Assembly (NCBI GenBank): GCA_027262695.1
Contig: GCA_027262695.1_4722.1
Direction: 5' to 3' (one strand)
DNA length: 64,000 nt
Source of the DNA: a phage
Within the stretch, counting starts at the first letter, position 1; every line of letters starts with the position of its first letter. The notes below the pieces were generated by a model, which ran no database searches, was not told the DNA's origin, and was given only the letters and a program-made list of their open reading frames with translations. Of this stretch, positions 1 through 9,098 are shown one piece after another. The position numbers and the translations under genes were made by a program.

Positions 1-1451
1 AAATCAAACAAAGCTGGAAAGACGAATTACTTGCATTAGTTAACAGCAAAAACAGTTTACAACTGACATTAGACGACGTAAAGTTTGAATTAACCGAACC
101 GGTAAGCGAAGTGCCCGGAACGGTCGTTGTTACAATCAAACCGAACGATAATAGTCGCTACTTTAACGAGCAGTCTCTGACCTACGTCCGTCGAGACATT
201 GCTAAAAACTTCACCGGGATTCCGTTACGGGTTATCGTTAAGCAAGATACCGCTGTAAGGGATATCATCAATACGATTGCTGAACGTTACGGATTGGTAT
301 TTGACACAACCGTCGACTTCCTCGAATCAGAGCTGAATAAACAAATTACTTTCGCAGACACCGGTATTAAAGACGTTACTGTTCCGGTTGCAAACACGTC
401 TTATGTTTGGGCTGGTAATCTTCAGTTCAATATTGCGAACGATACGTTAAGCTTGATTACTATCATCAAGAAAACCAATCTTACGAATCTGGTTTATCTG
501 GATGGTGTTGAAGCTGACACATCGGGGTCGTTACTGTTAGCCACCACAGCACTTGTTAACGATAGCGTAAATAAGCCGATGGTTGAAAACGAAGATATCG
601 TCGATGAATTCTACAACGTTCTTAATGCTCTAGCCAAATATGGTGACATAACTGGCGATGAATTAAATGCCGCCTTACATGCGTACGATGCAGCAGAAAA
701 CAGGAATAAAACCACGGTAATAACTCTTGGTGATATCCAGTGTGTTGCAACAGAAAAAGACGATTGGGAAATTGGACGTTTACGCGGTCAGATGGTTCTC
801 GCGCTCAAATCCGATAAACAACCTGAGCGCGAGAACACGTTAAGGTTGTTTACGAATGGCGGTGACGTCTCACTAACGTTAAACACAATGAAAGATATCA
901 GTATCGATTGGGGTGATGGGAATAAAGTAACGTTGGATGCTGAAGAAAGATACGCGCACCACACATACGCCGACAATAACCAGTACCAAATCGAAATTGT
1001 GTCTCGTACGGACCCAGATGTGCTGCGACCAAATTATATTTCTGGGAGTGAGATAACCGAAGTAATTCACTGGGCTACTACTTCAACAATAGCTCTGAAT
1101 TTTGTTGGATGCGATAATTTAGCGACTGTTCCAGATGAGATCCCAACTTCGTGGACAACGTTGGACAGCATGTTTGAAAGTTGTACGAATTTGAATGATC
1201 CGTCTATCTCTAACTGGAATACAAGTAACATCACATCAATGAATGGTATGTTCGGCGGATGCACTAAATTTAACCAACCTTTAGCTGCCTGGGATGTCAG
1301 CTCAGTAACTGACATTGGTGGTATGTTTGTCGGATGTGACAGTTTTAACCAAGATTTAAGTGGGTGGCGATTACCGTCAGGAGTAAACCACACCAATTAC
1401 GATGATGGTGCTTTCTCGTGGCAGACGGAACATAAACCGACATTCCAGTAA
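1..1451 (+). CDS. BspA-type leucine-rich repeat (DUF285-like) protein, 5'-partial; possible adhesin or fibre component
   Basis: Frame is open from nt 3 to the stop at 1449-1451 with no upstream stop, so the gene starts before the window; the ORF track's GTG at 111 is probably internal. C-terminus carries tandem repeats 'SMFESCTNLNDPSISNWNTSNITSMNGMFGGCTKFNQPLAAWDVSSVTDIGGMFVGCDSFNQDLSGW' typical of the BspA/DUF285 family. Confidence 0.6.
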   Translation, partial: IKQSWKDELLALVNSKNSLQLTLDDVKFELTEPVSEVPGTVVVTIKPNDNSRYFNEQSLTYVRRDIAKNFTGIPLRVIVKQDTAVRDIINTIAERYGLVFDTTVDFLESELNKQITFADTGIKDVTVPVANTSYVWAGNLQFNIANDTLSLITIIKKTNLTNLVYLDGVEADTSGSLLLATTALVNDSVNKPMVENEDIVDEFYNVLNALAKYGDITGDELNAALHAYDAAENRNKTTVITLGDIQCVATEKDDWEIGRLRGQMVLALKSDKQPERENTLRLFTNGGDVSLTLNTMKDISIDWGDGNKVTLDAEERYAHHTYADNNQYQIEIVSRTDPDVLRPNYISGSEITEVIHWATTSTIALNFVGCDNLATVPDEIPTSWTTLDSMFESCTNLNDPSISNWNTSNITSMNGMFGGCTKFNQPLAAWDVSSVTDIGGMFVGCDSFNQDLSGWRLPSGVNHTNYDDGAFSWQTEHKPTFQ

Positions 1452-1470
1452 AAAAAAATAGTTAGCATAA

Positions 1471-1504
1471 CTTCCTCCCTACCCATAACGGGCGGGGAGG
1501 AAGG
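1471..1504. terminator. Bidirectional intrinsic terminator hairpin between convergent genes
   Basis: Stem CTTCCTCCC / GGGAGGAAG flanked by an A9 run upstream (T-run on minus strand) and TTTAT downstream; lies between the plus-strand stop at 1451 and the minus-strand gene end at 1521. Confidence 0.6.
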
Positions 1505-1520
1505 TTTATGTGGTTATGAC

Positions 1521-1859
1521 TTAGAACCAGAGTTCTTTCATGAAGTAGGCTTCCATATCGTAAATAAGCCACTCATCTGGGATTTCTAAAGGATCGTCTT
1601 CGGTTAAGGTGAGCATGTGCAGGGCGAACGCACGCTTAATATCTTCCAACAGCTTATCATCACCGTAACCTTCGGGTAGTTTACGGTCAACCAGCTGGGT
1701 TTGTTTATAGACATCGCGGAACGCTTCAGGATTATGTTTATCCATCGGGAATTGTTCAGCAGCCTGAACCATCGAAAGCGTCCAGCTTACAACATTGTAA
1801 CGCTCACCGTTAATTTCACTGAACTTATCATCGATTAAACAGATTTGTTGTATATTCAT
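1521..1859 (-). CDS. hypothetical protein (112 aa)
   Basis: ORF on the dominant coding strand; ATGA start/stop overlap with the upstream gene suggests translational coupling. No recognisable motif. Confidence 0.5.
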   Translation of the reverse strand: MNIQQICLIDDKFSEINGERYNVVSWTLSMVQAAEQFPMDKHNPEAFRDVYKQTQLVDRKLPEGYGDDKLLEDIKRAFALHMLTLTEDDPLEIPDEWLIYDMEAYFMKELWF

Positions 1860-2749
1860 ACATTTTCTCCATTCTTATCTTGGCCGCAATCACACTCTTC
1901 GGTGTCTTTCTTACTTAAACGTAAGACACCGAGTGCGGCATGCTTGAGTTCTTGCAAAGCGCTTTTCAGCTGACCTTCTTCATCGAAATCAAAATACTTC
2001 TCGTTGTAGCTTAATGCTGGAATCATATTTACGAGAGGTTCGATGGCAGGCATCAGCATCTCAATCACAACCTTAGGATCAACGAAACGTTCGAACCCTT
2101 CAGGAAGTTTACTGGTGATAACTTTGTCGTTCTTGATGAAGAATTTATTCTTGAACAGATCGTCAAGGATAGCATTCTCTTCATCGGTACGTTCAGCGTA
2201 AGGCCGATCGATCATCTGTACGAAAACACCGTTAAGGGCTTCAGGCATTGCGGGGTTCTCACGAAGGTTAAACCCTGCTGGGATTTCGATATCGATCTTC
2301 GCCCAGTCGATAACCTGATGGTCTCGCGTATAGATGACGTCAACCTCCCACGCCAAGCCATCGGTACCTTCTACGGTATAACGTGTTTTAGCTTGACCTT
2401 CTGGTGCCATACGCTCGATAGCATCGAACATCTCGACCGGAATTTCCACTTCGCTTTCCATGGCATCCCCTGGACCGCGATAAACCTTCGTGGTCATGAA
2501 GTACTTCGGTTCTTCGTTGTCGATCTGGATTGCTCGAGCACGTACCTGGCCTTTAACACCACCCACCGACGTGTTATCGTACAACCACTGGTGTTGCACC
2601 ATGTGTTCAATTTTCGTGGCGTTCTGACGTAGGATATCTACACCGTCTTCAGCCAGTTTACCAAAGAAGACCAGCTCACGTTCCTGCTGTGTCTCTCCGC
2701 TCAACATCATTAAATTGGCGATTTGTCTCACGCCTTTTACTTTCGACAT
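1856..2749 (-). CDS. hypothetical protein (297 aa)
   Basis: Long ORF on the minus strand, tightly packed with neighbours; no recognisable motif. Confidence 0.55.
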   Translation of the reverse strand: MSKVKGVRQIANLMMLSGETQQERELVFFGKLAEDGVDILRQNATKIEHMVQHQWLYDNTSVGGVKGQVRARAIQIDNEEPKYFMTTKVYRGPGDAMESEVEIPVEMFDAIERMAPEGQAKTRYTVEGTDGLAWEVDVIYTRDHQVIDWAKIDIEIPAGFNLRENPAMPEALNGVFVQMIDRPYAERTDEENAILDDLFKNKFFIKNDKVITSKLPEGFERFVDPKVVIEMLMPAIEPLVNMIPALSYNEKYFDFDEEGQLKSALQELKHAALGVLRLSKKDTEECDCGQDKNGENV

Positions 2750-2797
2750 ACATGCTCCGGTTACAAGGGCTTCATCGGAAGCCCTTCTGCTTTAATA

Positions 2798-5059
2798 TTA
2801 CAATTCGAAATCTTCATCGATAACGCGTTGGGTTAGCACCTTGTCGCTGAAGAACTCCACCTTACGTTGATGGTATTTCCGATGTGCTTCAATCGACGTA
2901 CACACCAGATACCAGAACGTGGGTGTCATACCCTCGAACTTCCCTTTCAGCTGACGTAGTCGACCTAACACCTGAATGTTACCAGTTCTCGACCCCATCG
3001 CTAACGTCATGAACGTCATCACCAAGTCAGGAAGATCGATTCCTGTACCAGCCGATTTCACCGTTGTCACACTGATATCATTATCCAGTAACACCATGAA
3101 ATCTTCTTCAGCGGTATAAGGACCTATCTCCAACTCAGGGATACGTTCACTTAAGTAATGCGATAACGACTTGCACATATCAACGGTTGCACAATACACC
3201 AACATCTTCATGCCTTCCTGATATTGGTTCATGAAACCTTTGATAATAACCGTATAGATAAAGTTGAAATAGGCGAGTTTGAGTTGCTTATTCTTCATGA
3301 TAGACTGTTCGAATACCGTGTGAGAATAAGAACCTCCAAAGCCTTTGTATCGGACTTTATCCGTACTGCGTAGTCGATACGTCACCGCATTTACCGCGAT
3401 GTATTTCTTGTATTCACATTTCGCATAACGTGCTTCTTTCGGATACATCAAATACAGCATCCGCTCGATGAACGGATCGTCAGACACCGCCGTTGCCGAC
3501 AGATAAATGATTTCCGGAATATTCGCGTAACACTTCACTTTGAACAAGAAATGCAGAGCTTCGTGACATTCATCGTGGATTAACAATCCAATGCCTGTTT
3601 TCTCCCAGAACTCGACTGGATGGAAAACATAAGGTGCGACACAGTTGTTCTTTTCATAATCGGTTATATAACGCTGAAACATGTTCAGTGAGAATAACGC
3701 AATTTTGAAATCCAACTCACCTTGTTCTACCAGCGTCTGAAATTCCAACATGCTGTAACGAGGAATGTCGGGATGCGGTGGGTCAGACTGGGCTGTACCA
3801 CGTATCTCGATAACATCACCTGGTTCCATACCGAAGAAACTTAGCAGTGAGCTACGCCATCCAGGCATGTACCTCGGTGACAGAATGATGCCCGTCCGTA
3901 CACCACGTCGGAAGGTGATCTCCTGCGACATTGCGGTGTTGTGCGTGACGATATGGTCTTTAATAACATAAAGGCTTTCGTCGTTGTCCACCGTGATGCA
4001 ACGTGCCTTCGCTTTCACCGTCGGCACGATGCCGCCAATCGCTAAACCAGGAAGCGTGTTAACGGGAAGATCATCTGGAATCTCAATGCCGTCAGGAATA
4101 AGCTTAAGCAAATCGGAATGGTAAATTAATGTCTCCATCGTGTAACTATTGATGGGGCATTTATACGCGATTCCCCCTAACCGATAAGCCAACTCCCAGA
4201 CCTCGGTCATTATCTGCGAATCGGTGGTTCTGACCGCAAGGTGAGCCCACCCTTCTTCAACACGCAGTACGCAACGATCTTTGATGAGTTCTCTGAAACG
4301 ATCAAGACCCACGAGTTCTTTCGGTTCGTAAAGTCGGATTCTTACCGGACGAGATCGTGACGATCTGTCATTAAGACGTTCCATGATTTCACTCGTGCTG
4401 AGCACCTTGTCAGGATCCGTGCATTGCCAGAGATGATCACCACACGCTTCAACCATTCGTCCATCTTCAAAGAAGACAGCGTAAAGCTGAATATCGTCAT
4501 GATCAAAGATAGCAGTTACGTTCGTCGGTAAACCATCCGCGCCGATGACCTCATCACCCACCTGGAGCTCACCAATCGGCTTCCAACCGCTTGGAACCTT
4601 AACGGGTGTATGGAGAGCCAATGCTTTCCCAGACCCCGTGCCTGCGGTGTTTAGGCTCATTCTGAAAGGGGTATCCTTACCCCCATCCATGTACTCCAAC
4701 CATTCTTGCTGATCTTCACGCCACGGAAACTTCCAGTTCTTCACAAACTCCACTTCCTTACCTGGAACCGGATCGTGGTAAACGATTTCCAACCACTCCT
4801 TTCGAATTCCTCGAGAAAAGATAAAATCCAAAAACGACTTCAGCTGTTCACGAAGTAAGTAGACCTCGCTATAATCGCTTCTTGCTGCGGCGTAGGTGTT
4901 GATGGTATCGGTGACCATTCTCCGTGTACGAGGGTCGCGTCGTTTCCGTAGATGCAAACAACGGTCTCGAAGGTAATGGCCAATCAAATGGGCAAATCGA
5001 AGTCCGTATCCGCTCAGCTTCATGCCATGCGAGAAGACGTCGATACGAGCTAACTTCAT
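2798..5059 (-). CDS. SF2 DExH-box helicase precursor containing an intein
   Basis: Walker A 'AGTGSGK' followed after a 229 aa insertion by 'T'; motif II 'LLIHDECHEA', motif III 'LSAT', motif VI-like 'QVLGRLRQ'. The Arg-rich N-terminal 47 aa look non-coding-like, so the true start may be the internal Met near 4918. Confidence 0.75.
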   Translation of the reverse strand: MKLARIDVFSHGMKLSGYGLRFAHLIGHYLRDRCLHLRKRRDPRTRRMVTDTINTYAAARSDYSEVYLLREQLKSFLDFIFSRGIRKEWLEIVYHDPVPGKEVEFVKNWKFPWREDQQEWLEYMDGGKDTPFRMSLNTAGTGSGKALALHTPVKVPSGWKPIGELQVGDEVIGADGLPTNVTAIFDHDDIQLYAVFFEDGRMVEACGDHLWQCTDPDKVLSTSEIMERLNDRSSRSRPVRIRLYEPKELVGLDRFRELIKDRCVLRVEEGWAHLAVRTTDSQIMTEVWELAYRLGGIAYKCPINSYTMETLIYHSDLLKLIPDGIEIPDDLPVNTLPGLAIGGIVPTVKAKARCITVDNDESLYVIKDHIVTHNTAMSQEITFRRGVRTGIILSPRYMPGWRSSLLSFFGMEPGDVIEIRGTAQSDPPHPDIPRYSMLEFQTLVEQGELDFKIALFSLNMFQRYITDYEKNNCVAPYVFHPVEFWEKTGIGLLIHDECHEALHFLFKVKCYANIPEIIYLSATAVSDDPFIERMLYLMYPKEARYAKCEYKKYIAVNAVTYRLRSTDKVRYKGFGGSYSHTVFEQSIMKNKQLKLAYFNFIYTVIIKGFMNQYQEGMKMLVYCATVDMCKSLSHYLSERIPELEIGPYTAEEDFMVLLDNDISVTTVKSAGTGIDLPDLVMTFMTLAMGSRTGNIQVLGRLRQLKGKFEGMTPTFWYLVCTSIEAHRKYHQRKVEFFSDKVLTQRVIDEDFEL
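3938..4624 (-). mobile_element. Intein (229 aa, class-3-like: Ala1, block B Trp, block F Cys, block G Thr-His-Asn, +1 Thr) in the helicase P-loop
   Basis: Insertion lies exactly between Lys and Thr of GSGK|T. N-terminal block A-like 'ALALHTPV...GEL', block B-like 'EACGDHLW', block F-like 'ARCITVDNDESLYV', C-terminal 'IVTHN' then Thr. Removing it restores a canonical 'GTGSGKT' P-loop. No endonuclease-sized domain is evident. Confidence 0.6.
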
Positions 5060-7095
5060 AACGTGATTACATCCTCCGGTTTAGGTTCTTTACGCGGTAG
5101 AAGCATGTAGTCGATCGGATGATCTGGCTTCATGGTTGGGATATAACTGTTCGGGTTTTGGAACGCATCCAGTTGCTCTTGGTGAGCGAACTTCATACTC
5201 AAGGAGCGCATGTTCATGTTCTTCTTGAAGGTACTGAAATAACGAGTCGTTCCCTGTTTCGGCATGCGGTAATCTTTCGTGTGTGGTGAACGAATCATAC
5301 TCGCGTAGAGAATAACGTCCAGATGCGATAGATTCATTCGTAAACGTTGCGCACACAGACGATGCCAATAATACAGTACGTTGGCTACTTCTTCTGGTGT
5401 CGCTTCATCTTCCGAAAGGAATCCTGCACTGAACGAACCTTTCCCGAATTTGAATTCACGTTCGATTTCTTTTGCGTATTCCATCATGTTTTTATGGATG
5501 AGTGGCATCTGGAATAGCGTCCGTGAATTGTCCCAATGTTTCAAGTCGAAGATCACAATCCCGTCTGCTGTTACTTCCCAGCTATGGCGTTTGAGATAAC
5601 GGATAAACGCTTTGCTTGGTACAACAGGACGTCCACAGAAATCGAAATTGACTTTGAGTTTACGGTAGCTCTCATCTTTCCTGTCGTAAATCTCCATATC
5701 GCAAAGCGTCATGTTGAACAGACGTTGCGGGATAAGCGAACTGATCTCTTCCGCTTCAGCTACATCGTACAACATGTTCGCCAGACCGAGTTTCATCTTA
5801 ATCAGCACGTGTTTGCCTTTCAGCTCACGGGCTAATTTGATGTCGTTCATGTTCTGGCTGTAACGAAGGATATGTTGATATTCCGGCGGGATTGGTGACG
5901 TAGACACGGTGGACGAACCATCGTGATGTTTGGTCGAAAGAATGTTCTGGGTAACCTGTTGTGAACCTGTACGTGCTGAGCAGTCTCCGATGTTGTCGGT
6001 CAATGCAAAGTTATGGCTTAATTCACCATAGCACGTTGTACAGACACCAGCAGGATCAGAATGATGACAGTAACAAACGGAACGCATGTTCACAATGGTA
6101 CCGATCAATTCTTTCATGTGAGGCTGTATCGACAACAGCGAACCATCTTCACGTAAGATGAATCGACCGTGGAAACCTTTAAGATCGGTTTCATCACGTA
6201 TCGGCATCGGAATGGTTTCTCTGCTTCCACAGTCACCAGGGTGCAGACGCTGTACAACCGCCGTTGCGATTTGCAGCTCACGTCCGAAATATTCTGACTT
6301 CTTAATCTGCTCCTTGTTGAACAACAATGATTTTGCCGCAGAGCGACTTTCTTTCAAACTGTCTGGAAGCGAGATCAAGCCTGCTGCATACGACCGCATC
6401 ACTGGGTCACGGAAGATCTCCGAGTTGATATCGGTTAAGAAGCCACGCATCCCAATACACTGCAATACCTGTCCGATCGATACGTGTTCGGTTCTTACCG
6501 CACGTGCGATAGGGTTGGCATGCAATGTTTTATCGGTACTTAAAACTTTTGTTAGTTTCTTGTATGCGCTCTCAATACCTTCGCGGGTGGGTTCCGCTTC
6601 AGCGATGATTTTCTTCACTTCGGGATGTACGGTAATCTGATAAAAATCATCCGCACAGATGGTCGTTACGTATTCCTCCAACGCATACGTAAAGAAGTTA
6701 TAAACGTGGTTAAACATATCGAACAACGCTTTCCAGAGAACCTCACGATTCTCTTGCGGATACGCATACATGCATTGACGATAGGCTGCGCTTTGTAATG
6801 CAACGGAAGAACCTGCCGTAAACTTGCGTTTATCCACCAGGTTCTCTTTCGTTAACGGTGTCTCAGGATACATGCGATGTAAAGACCAATGCATGTAGCT
6901 AAAGAAAATGCGTCGCGCACGCAATTCATGAACACCATCGTCCATCTCGATATACACACGGTCATTAGGCTGTGCCCACTCGAACACCTCATCAACCGGC
7001 CAATGCATAAGCTCTCGCGCCCGTACACGGCGTTTCGTGGTGATCGTCTGTACTGTATTCATTATTTTTACTTTCCGATTAAGTGGTTTTATCAT
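5056..7095 (-). CDS. Multisubunit RNA polymerase beta-prime subunit, C-terminal fragment
   Basis: 'GMRG' (cf. E. coli beta-prime QLAGMRGLM); zinc-site-like 'RSVCYCHHSDPAGVCTTCYG' (cf. RSVVSCDTDFGVCAHCYG); trigger-loop-like 'GDCSARTGSQQVTQNILSTKHHDG'. Alternative start at Met12 (7060-7062). Confidence 0.7.
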   Translation of the reverse strand: MIKPLNRKVKIMNTVQTITTKRRVRARELMHWPVDEVFEWAQPNDRVYIEMDDGVHELRARRIFFSYMHWSLHRMYPETPLTKENLVDKRKFTAGSSVALQSAAYRQCMYAYPQENREVLWKALFDMFNHVYNFFTYALEEYVTTICADDFYQITVHPEVKKIIAEAEPTREGIESAYKKLTKVLSTDKTLHANPIARAVRTEHVSIGQVLQCIGMRGFLTDINSEIFRDPVMRSYAAGLISLPDSLKESRSAAKSLLFNKEQIKKSEYFGRELQIATAVVQRLHPGDCGSRETIPMPIRDETDLKGFHGRFILREDGSLLSIQPHMKELIGTIVNMRSVCYCHHSDPAGVCTTCYGELSHNFALTDNIGDCSARTGSQQVTQNILSTKHHDGSSTVSTSPIPPEYQHILRYSQNMNDIKLARELKGKHVLIKMKLGLANMLYDVAEAEEISSLIPQRLFNMTLCDMEIYDRKDESYRKLKVNFDFCGRPVVPSKAFIRYLKRHSWEVTADGIVIFDLKHWDNSRTLFQMPLIHKNMMEYAKEIEREFKFGKGSFSAGFLSEDEATPEEVANVLYYWHRLCAQRLRMNLSHLDVILYASMIRSPHTKDYRMPKQGTTRYFSTFKKNMNMRSLSMKFAHQEQLDAFQNPNSYIPTMKPDHPIDYMLLPRKEPKPEDVITL

Positions 7096-7170
7096 ACAGT
7101 GTATTCATTCCGTTGGAATTTACTCCGGGAGTCCCTTCCCTTAGGTTATATAGGTGTTAATATATCTCGG

Positions 7171-7656
7171 TTATCCTGCTTTCTTCTGAAGGCTATAAGG
7201 ATCCATCGCATCGGAGCGGTCGGCAACGATGGTAAGAATGAAGCCTTTTATCTGTCTCACTTCGGTAACCCGGAGTCCCCTATCGTTACGATAAACATTT
7301 TCTTCGCCGACCAGTTTTGGTCGAATAACATAAACCCCATCAACGAACGGAAACGTTGAATACGGATAAATACCAATACGAATAATATTCGGATGATCAC
7401 CTCGAGGGTCACGTCCAAACACATCAACTCTACCGTAAATCGTGCCGTCCGCACCTTCCACTTCAATAAGGTCGTTGCGAATATCCTGAAACAGTTGTTC
7501 TAAGGTCTCTGCGGGATATGTATAAGCGACGCCTAATGCAACATCCTCAATGGTCTTAACGCTAAATCCGTTAAGCCAAATAATCCGATCATCTGTCCAT
7601 GTTTCTTCATACGCTGTTAATCCGTCGCCGTATATGTTGGCGTGTGCTATCTCCAT
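7171..7656 (-). CDS. hypothetical protein (161 aa)
   Basis: ORF on the dominant strand; no recognisable motif. Confidence 0.5.
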   Translation of the reverse strand: MEIAHANIYGDGLTAYEETWTDDRIIWLNGFSVKTIEDVALGVAYTYPAETLEQLFQDIRNDLIEVEGADGTIYGRVDVFGRDPRGDHPNIIRIGIYPYSTFPFVDGVYVIRPKLVGEENVYRNDRGLRVTEVRQIKGFILTIVADRSDAMDPYSLQKKAG

Positions 7657-7768
7657 AATCTCATTTCCTCTTCTCTGTTAGGATAAATGACATGCTGGAT
7701 AACGTTGCCTTTGCATATATTGCTTTATTTCCGTCAGAAATAACGGAAAATAAAAACAACGGCATAAA

Positions 7769-7799
7769 CCCCTCCCACCACCACATGGGAGAGGGAGGG
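7769..7799 (-). terminator. Intrinsic terminator hairpin (CCCCTCCC / GGGAGGG)
   Basis: GC-rich inverted repeat just downstream of the minus-strand gene ending at 7806, with an A-rich tract at lower coordinates on the plus strand (U-run for the minus transcript). Confidence 0.5.
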
Positions 7800-7805
7800 T
7801 GTATG

Positions 7806-8168
7806 TTATTCTACATTATCTTCTACGGCTTCGGATTCATCCGCTTCTGCGAAGCTTTCCTGAACCGCAGTGGTATCCCAGTTCGCTGCGTAATCAGCCA
7901 TGGCTTCGCGCAGCGCTTCTTCACCCGCATCACCAGCCAGGTCAAGTACAACCAACCCTTGTGCGACGTTCTGCGCTACGGTATCGATAACCGTTGCATC
8001 CTCTTCAAAGCTACGTACCGGTTCAATGGTACCAACATCAACAGCGTAGTTCGTGGTTGCGGTAAGGACAGCAACCTGTAATGCGTTGCTGTCTTCGTCA
8101 TGAAGTGCTGCTTCAATACCGATTGGACGGGCCAGTTCTTGCAGTGTCAATTTACGAATTAAGTTCAT
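7806..8168 (-). CDS. small highly acidic protein (120 aa)
   Basis: Asp/Glu-rich throughout, e.g. 'EADESEAVEDNVE' at the C-terminus; no catalytic motif. Confidence 0.5.
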   Translation of the reverse strand: MNLIRKLTLQELARPIGIEAALHDEDSNALQVAVLTATTNYAVDVGTIEPVRSFEEDATVIDTVAQNVAQGLVVLDLAGDAGEEALREAMADYAANWDTTAVQESFAEADESEAVEDNVE

Positions 8169-8191
8169 TATGTCTTTTCCTCAGGTGAATG

Positions 8192-8620
8192 TTAGCAATC
8201 GTTTAAAACTTTTTCGATACGATGGTTGACAAGCTCATTGAACGACTCTTCTGCTTGTTCGATAATTTCATCAACGTCAATATCTAATCGTTGGGGTTGG
8301 ATGACGTGCTCTTTCATGGTTTCCAGCCAGTATTCGGCTTTAATCATGACGTTAACAACATGTTCAACCTGACTGCGTAGGTCGATAATCTGGCAATCAG
8401 GATTATTAATATCGATGACGTGTCCGTGGTGGTTGATAAACCCAAGCTTATTCGATGCTTTTACGGCATCGCGAGTAAGTTCTTGCAGGATTAACGCATT
8501 TACGTAATTCACTGCGACGGAACGATTTTCTTTATCACTCATACCAGGGATCCTCTTTAAGTGTTCACATTCTAGTGTTAAGCAGTTAAAATAAACCGTT
8601 CCTTTAATCAGCATAAACAT
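8192..8620 (-). CDS. hypothetical protein (142 aa)
   Basis: ORF on the dominant strand; terminator-like hairpin downstream. Confidence 0.5.
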   Translation of the reverse strand: MFMLIKGTVYFNCLTLECEHLKRIPGMSDKENRSVAVNYVNALILQELTRDAVKASNKLGFINHHGHVIDINNPDCQIIDLRSQVEHVVNVMIKAEYWLETMKEHVIQPQRLDIDVDEIIEQAEESFNELVNHRIEKVLNDC

Positions 8621-8649
8621 CCTCCTCCCACCACACGGGCAGGAGGAGG
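8621..8649 (-). terminator. Intrinsic terminator hairpin (CCTCCTCC / GGAGGAGG)
   Basis: GC-rich inverted repeat immediately downstream of the minus-strand gene ending at 8661. Confidence 0.5.
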
Positions 8650-8660
8650 CGTAATATGCA

Positions 8661-9098
8661 TCAGAAAGGAGTACGGTTCTTATATTCGAATAGTGTCTGG
8701 AGGACGCATCGCGTTAACGCGTTTTGTAATTCGATACGTCCTTGTTCCCCTAACAGATCCAACACCATCATCCCTTTTGCTGTTTTCTCTGCCACTTCTT
8801 CACAAATCCGTAAATTGTACACATCATCGTCGTCAAGCTCCTTACGACGGTCAGAGCTGAAACGCATCAGCTCACCTTGACTATCACGAACATCAGCGAA
8901 TGCTTCATAGGCTGCATCAATGTTCGCAGAACGCGTCAAACCCTCCGCTTCGCGCCATTCTCGGTATGTACCATCAAGCGTTTGTTCCTCGCCTGAGGTT
9001 GTTGATTCACTGTTGGTGGTTGGGCGAATTAAATGGGGTGTTATCATCGCTATTACGCTATCGTAATGCTCCATCGTATACCTCGTTAGCTTTCGCAA
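8661..9098 (-). CDS. hypothetical protein (145 aa)
   Basis: ORF on the dominant strand; overlaps the upstream gene end by 13 nt. Confidence 0.5.
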   Translation of the reverse strand: MRKLTRYTMEHYDSVIAMITPHLIRPTTNSESTTSGEEQTLDGTYREWREAEGLTRSANIDAAYEAFADVRDSQGELMRFSSDRRKELDDDDVYNLRICEEVAEKTAKGMMVLDLLGEQGRIELQNALTRCVLQTLFEYKNRTPF

